From a virus (Duplodnaviria > Caudoviricetes): 25,725 nt of DNA. Positions 23,265-25,725 of this stretch are shown here, piece after piece (position 1 is the first letter of the stretch; every line of letters begins with the position of its first letter). The translations under genes were made by a program, and so were the position numbers. A model generated the notes under the pieces. That model was not told the DNA's origin and searched no databases. It saw only the letters and a list, made by a program, of their open reading frames with translations. The stretch is taken from positions 1 through 25,725 of IMG/VR virus record IMGVR_UViG_3300025097_000048, one strand, 5' to 3'.

Positions 23265-25724
23265 CTATATTGCATCAATTATTAGGTAATTATTATTTAT
23301 AATCATACTTCTTGCTCCAGCCGAACCAGCTATACCCATTAACACTTGAGGATCATCTGCACCAGTACCAGAAGGAATATTAGAGCTTAATGTAGCCTCT
23401 AATGTATAGTCTGTTGTGCCCCTGGCTTTTACATAAAACCTGGCATTAGTTCCATTGTCCCAAGAAATCCTATAAGCTATTTCGTCAGTTAGTGTGTATC
23501 CAGTAATAGCTGCACTCTTTGTTTGAGTTGTTCCATCTGCTACAGAAGCATAAAGCGTTCCATCCTCTATCATAAATCCAATATGCCTAGCCGTAGAGGT
23601 TGAATTGGCAGGAACTGTTGTGACAGCCTGACTAATTAATCCTAAAAAAACATCTTGAGCTGTAAGGCTGTCCGTCTCTGCTACTACAGTGTATTGCATG
23701 TCCATACTCCATGTCTCTACCCTATTAATTTGACCACTATAAATTCTTCCATCTCTTATGTATGTATCTAGTGGATATCTAATCACTTCTGTCCCAGCTT
23801 CAGTAAGACCGTCATTGGCATTACCCCTGAAAACTTTATTTACAAGCTCATTGTTCGCTCTGAATTGAATGTCATCAGCCGAAGTTAATGAAATGAAGCT
23901 ATCACCACCAACAATGGCGTTTGTACCATCAAATTCAAAGAATTTTGTAGAACCATCTCCAATATACATCCGTGGAGTTCCAGCATTGTATTCTATTTGT
24001 ACGCCACTATTACCATAAGTAGCGTCATTTATTGAAATTGCTTTGTTAGAAGCGTCTAATATAATATTAGTTCCGTTAGATAGTGTTGTGGAGTTAATGG
24101 TCCAGCCTGCAATTAAACCCCTGTCAGATGCAACTCCCTGTTGTTGTATTCCATTTGGATTAAGATATAAAGCCTTAACCTCATTAACTGTTAATACACG
24201 ATCATAAATTCTAACCTCATCAATTGTACCATCCATCGCTTGAGTAGCATTGTCACGACTAATATATGTTGGTGACTCCACCACTCCAACTGTATAAGTA
24301 GATGTTGCGGTGTTAGCCTCAACACCATCAATGTAAAATTTATGTGTACCGCCAACTGAATCAACAACTGCAACAAAATGGTGCCATGTATCATTACTAA
24401 TTAAGCCTGAATATGCAAAGTTTTCTCGCTTGTCAACACCAGCATCATCATATCTCCAGCCATAAGAAAGGTTTCCAGCACCCTTTGAAAGGTAGAACCA
24501 ATTTTTAGTGTCAGTATCAGTTCCAATCATCATAAACTCTGTTCGTGTAATGTCATCAAAATTCACCCACATACTAACAGACATAGTTCCAACGACTATT
24601 GATGCACCAAGATCTACATATTGGCTAACACCATTAAAGTCTAATGCCGTTCCAGAAACACCCACTACAAATGTACCACCAGTTATTGTCCCAGCGTTAT
24701 CAGCAGAAGAATAGTCAGACACGGTAGACCCAGACCCTTCATCTAAACTCCAATAACCAAGAAGGTCATCATCGCTTGGTAGGCCTGGAAAACTACCAAC
24801 AGCTATTGTTCCAGAAACATTAAGTGTTGTGCCATCAAATTCTAAAAAATTACTACCACCATCTCCAATATAAGCTCTTGGTGTGCCTCCATTATATTCC
24901 AGCTGTATTCCTTGATTACCAAATGTCGTATCATTTAGAAACAATGCCTTATTACCAGCATCTAATATTATGTTTGTACCATTTGCTATTGTAGTTGGAT
25001 TAATTGTCCACCCACCTAGCAGCCCTCTGTCAGATGCAACACCCTGTTGTTGGACACCGCTAGGATTTAAATATAAACCCTGTGCCTCAAGCAAGGAAAG
25101 CTCATGATTATAAAGTCGAGGCTCATCAATCCATCCATCAAAGGTTCTATTGTCGTTAGTCACATTACCAATATATAGATCATTTCCAACATCGGTTTGT
25201 CTTGTTCCGTCTGGTATGTCGGTTTCTGTTGTTGTTACAACCTCACCGTTTACCGTTATAACTGGATTGTTAGCATCAGAATCACTATTATATGAAATTG
25301 TAATGTGATTATTGGCTCCGATTGTCAACACTAAATCGTCCGTTGTCCACGTTCCCTTAGTAACAGTGAATTTCTGTCTGAAGTTAAACTTTAGTTTTCC
25401 TCCAGCCTCATTGCTAACCCACACCAACCAACCACCAGCCACTGGTTTGTCTTTATCAAAAATCCTAGAAGTGGTAGCCTCTCCTCCGCTATTAGGATTA
25501 ACCCAAACACTCAATGCTCCGCCACCGTCCCAGATATCTTGAATGGCAGTAGCGTCAGGAACACGTACATTACCAGTAAGTCCATCAAACTCTAATGCTG
25601 TTCCAGAAACACCCACTACATATGTGGCACTTGTTATCACCCCATCATTACCAGCAGAAGCATAGTCAGTAGCAACAGAGCCACTACCTTCATCAAAGTT
25701 CCAATAACTCAACAGACCGTCATC
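23265..25724 (-). CDS. Tail fibre / receptor-binding protein with tandem LamG (ConA-like) domains, 5' end outside the window
   Basis: Two YWx(F/L)DEGSGS...GxIDExRxY units. The frame is open to the window edge (DDGLLSYW matches DDDLLGYW of the second unit), so 25712 is not the true start. Confidence 0.85.
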   Translation of the reverse strand, partial: DDGLLSYWNFDEGSGSVATDYASAGNDGVITSATYVVGVSGTALEFDGLTGNVRVPDATAIQDIWDGGGALSVWVNPNSGGEATTSRIFDKDKPVAGGWLVWVSNEAGGKLKFNFRQKFTVTKGTWTTDDLVLTIGANNHITISYNSDSDANNPVITVNGEVVTTTETDIPDGTRQTDVGNDLYIGNVTNDNRTFDGWIDEPRLYNHELSLLEAQGLYLNPSGVQQQGVASDRGLLGGWTINPTTIANGTNIILDAGNKALFLNDTTFGNQGIQLEYNGGTPRAYIGDGGSNFLEFDGTTLNVSGTIAVGSFPGLPSDDDLLGYWSLDEGSGSTVSDYSSADNAGTITGGTFVVGVSGTALDFNGVSQYVDLGASIVVGTMSVSMWVNFDDITRTEFMMIGTDTDTKNWFYLSKGAGNLSYGWRYDDAGVDKRENFAYSGLISNDTWHHFVAVVDSVGGTHKFYIDGVEANTATSTYTVGVVESPTYISRDNATQAMDGTIDEVRIYDRVLTVNEVKALYLNPNGIQQQGVASDRGLIAGWTINSTTLSNGTNIILDASNKAISINDATYGNSGVQIEYNAGTPRMYIGDGSTKFFEFDGTNAIVGGDSFISLTSADDIQFRANNELVNKVFRGNANDGLTEAGTEVIRYPLDTYIRDGRIYSGQINRVETWSMDMQYTVVAETDSLTAQDVFLGLISQAVTTVPANSTSTARHIGFMIEDGTLYASVADGTTQTKSAAITGYTLTDEIAYRISWDNGTNARFYVKARGTTDYTLEATLSSNIPSGTGADDPQVLMGIAGSAGARSMIINNNYLIIDAI

Positions 25725-25725
25725 A

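Noticed and set aside
1-25725. CRISPR or other spaced arrays, DGR, stop-codon reassignment
   Set aside because: I saw no regularly spaced repeats, reverse transcriptase or adenine-specific repeat pair. Genes are intact in the standard code and TAA, TAG and TGA all end genes.

Overview
A 25.7 kb piece of a tailed dsDNA phage genome with podovirus/P22-like organisation. Essentially all credible genes are on the minus strand. In transcription order (right to left) it holds: a partial LamG-repeat tail fibre, two large probable ejection proteins (one with an M23-like domain, one with a C-terminal HNH-like motif), a terminator/promoter junction, and a compact ~6 kb non-structural module (RHH regulator, MT-A70 methylase plus PD-(D/E)xK nuclease, YopX, SLT, Rad52-like annealing protein, HNH-AP2, SSB-like, NinG-like). 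A late promoter then precedes terS, terL, a DNA methyltransferase, portal, scaffold, major capsid protein and a partial structural gene. Main oddities: (1) TerL carries a 315-aa intein whose HNH endonuclease is a separate gene overprinted in another reading frame; (2) the methyltransferase between terL and portal has in-frame HTH and Zn-finger/Vsr-like endonuclease insertions with no splicing domain; (3) almost every intergenic gap folds extensively, including ~300 nt between terS and terL and an attenuator-like leader. Sigma70-type promoters with no Shine-Dalgarno sites suggest a Patescibacteria/CPR-like host (inference). All family calls come from reading motifs by eye; no searches were run.
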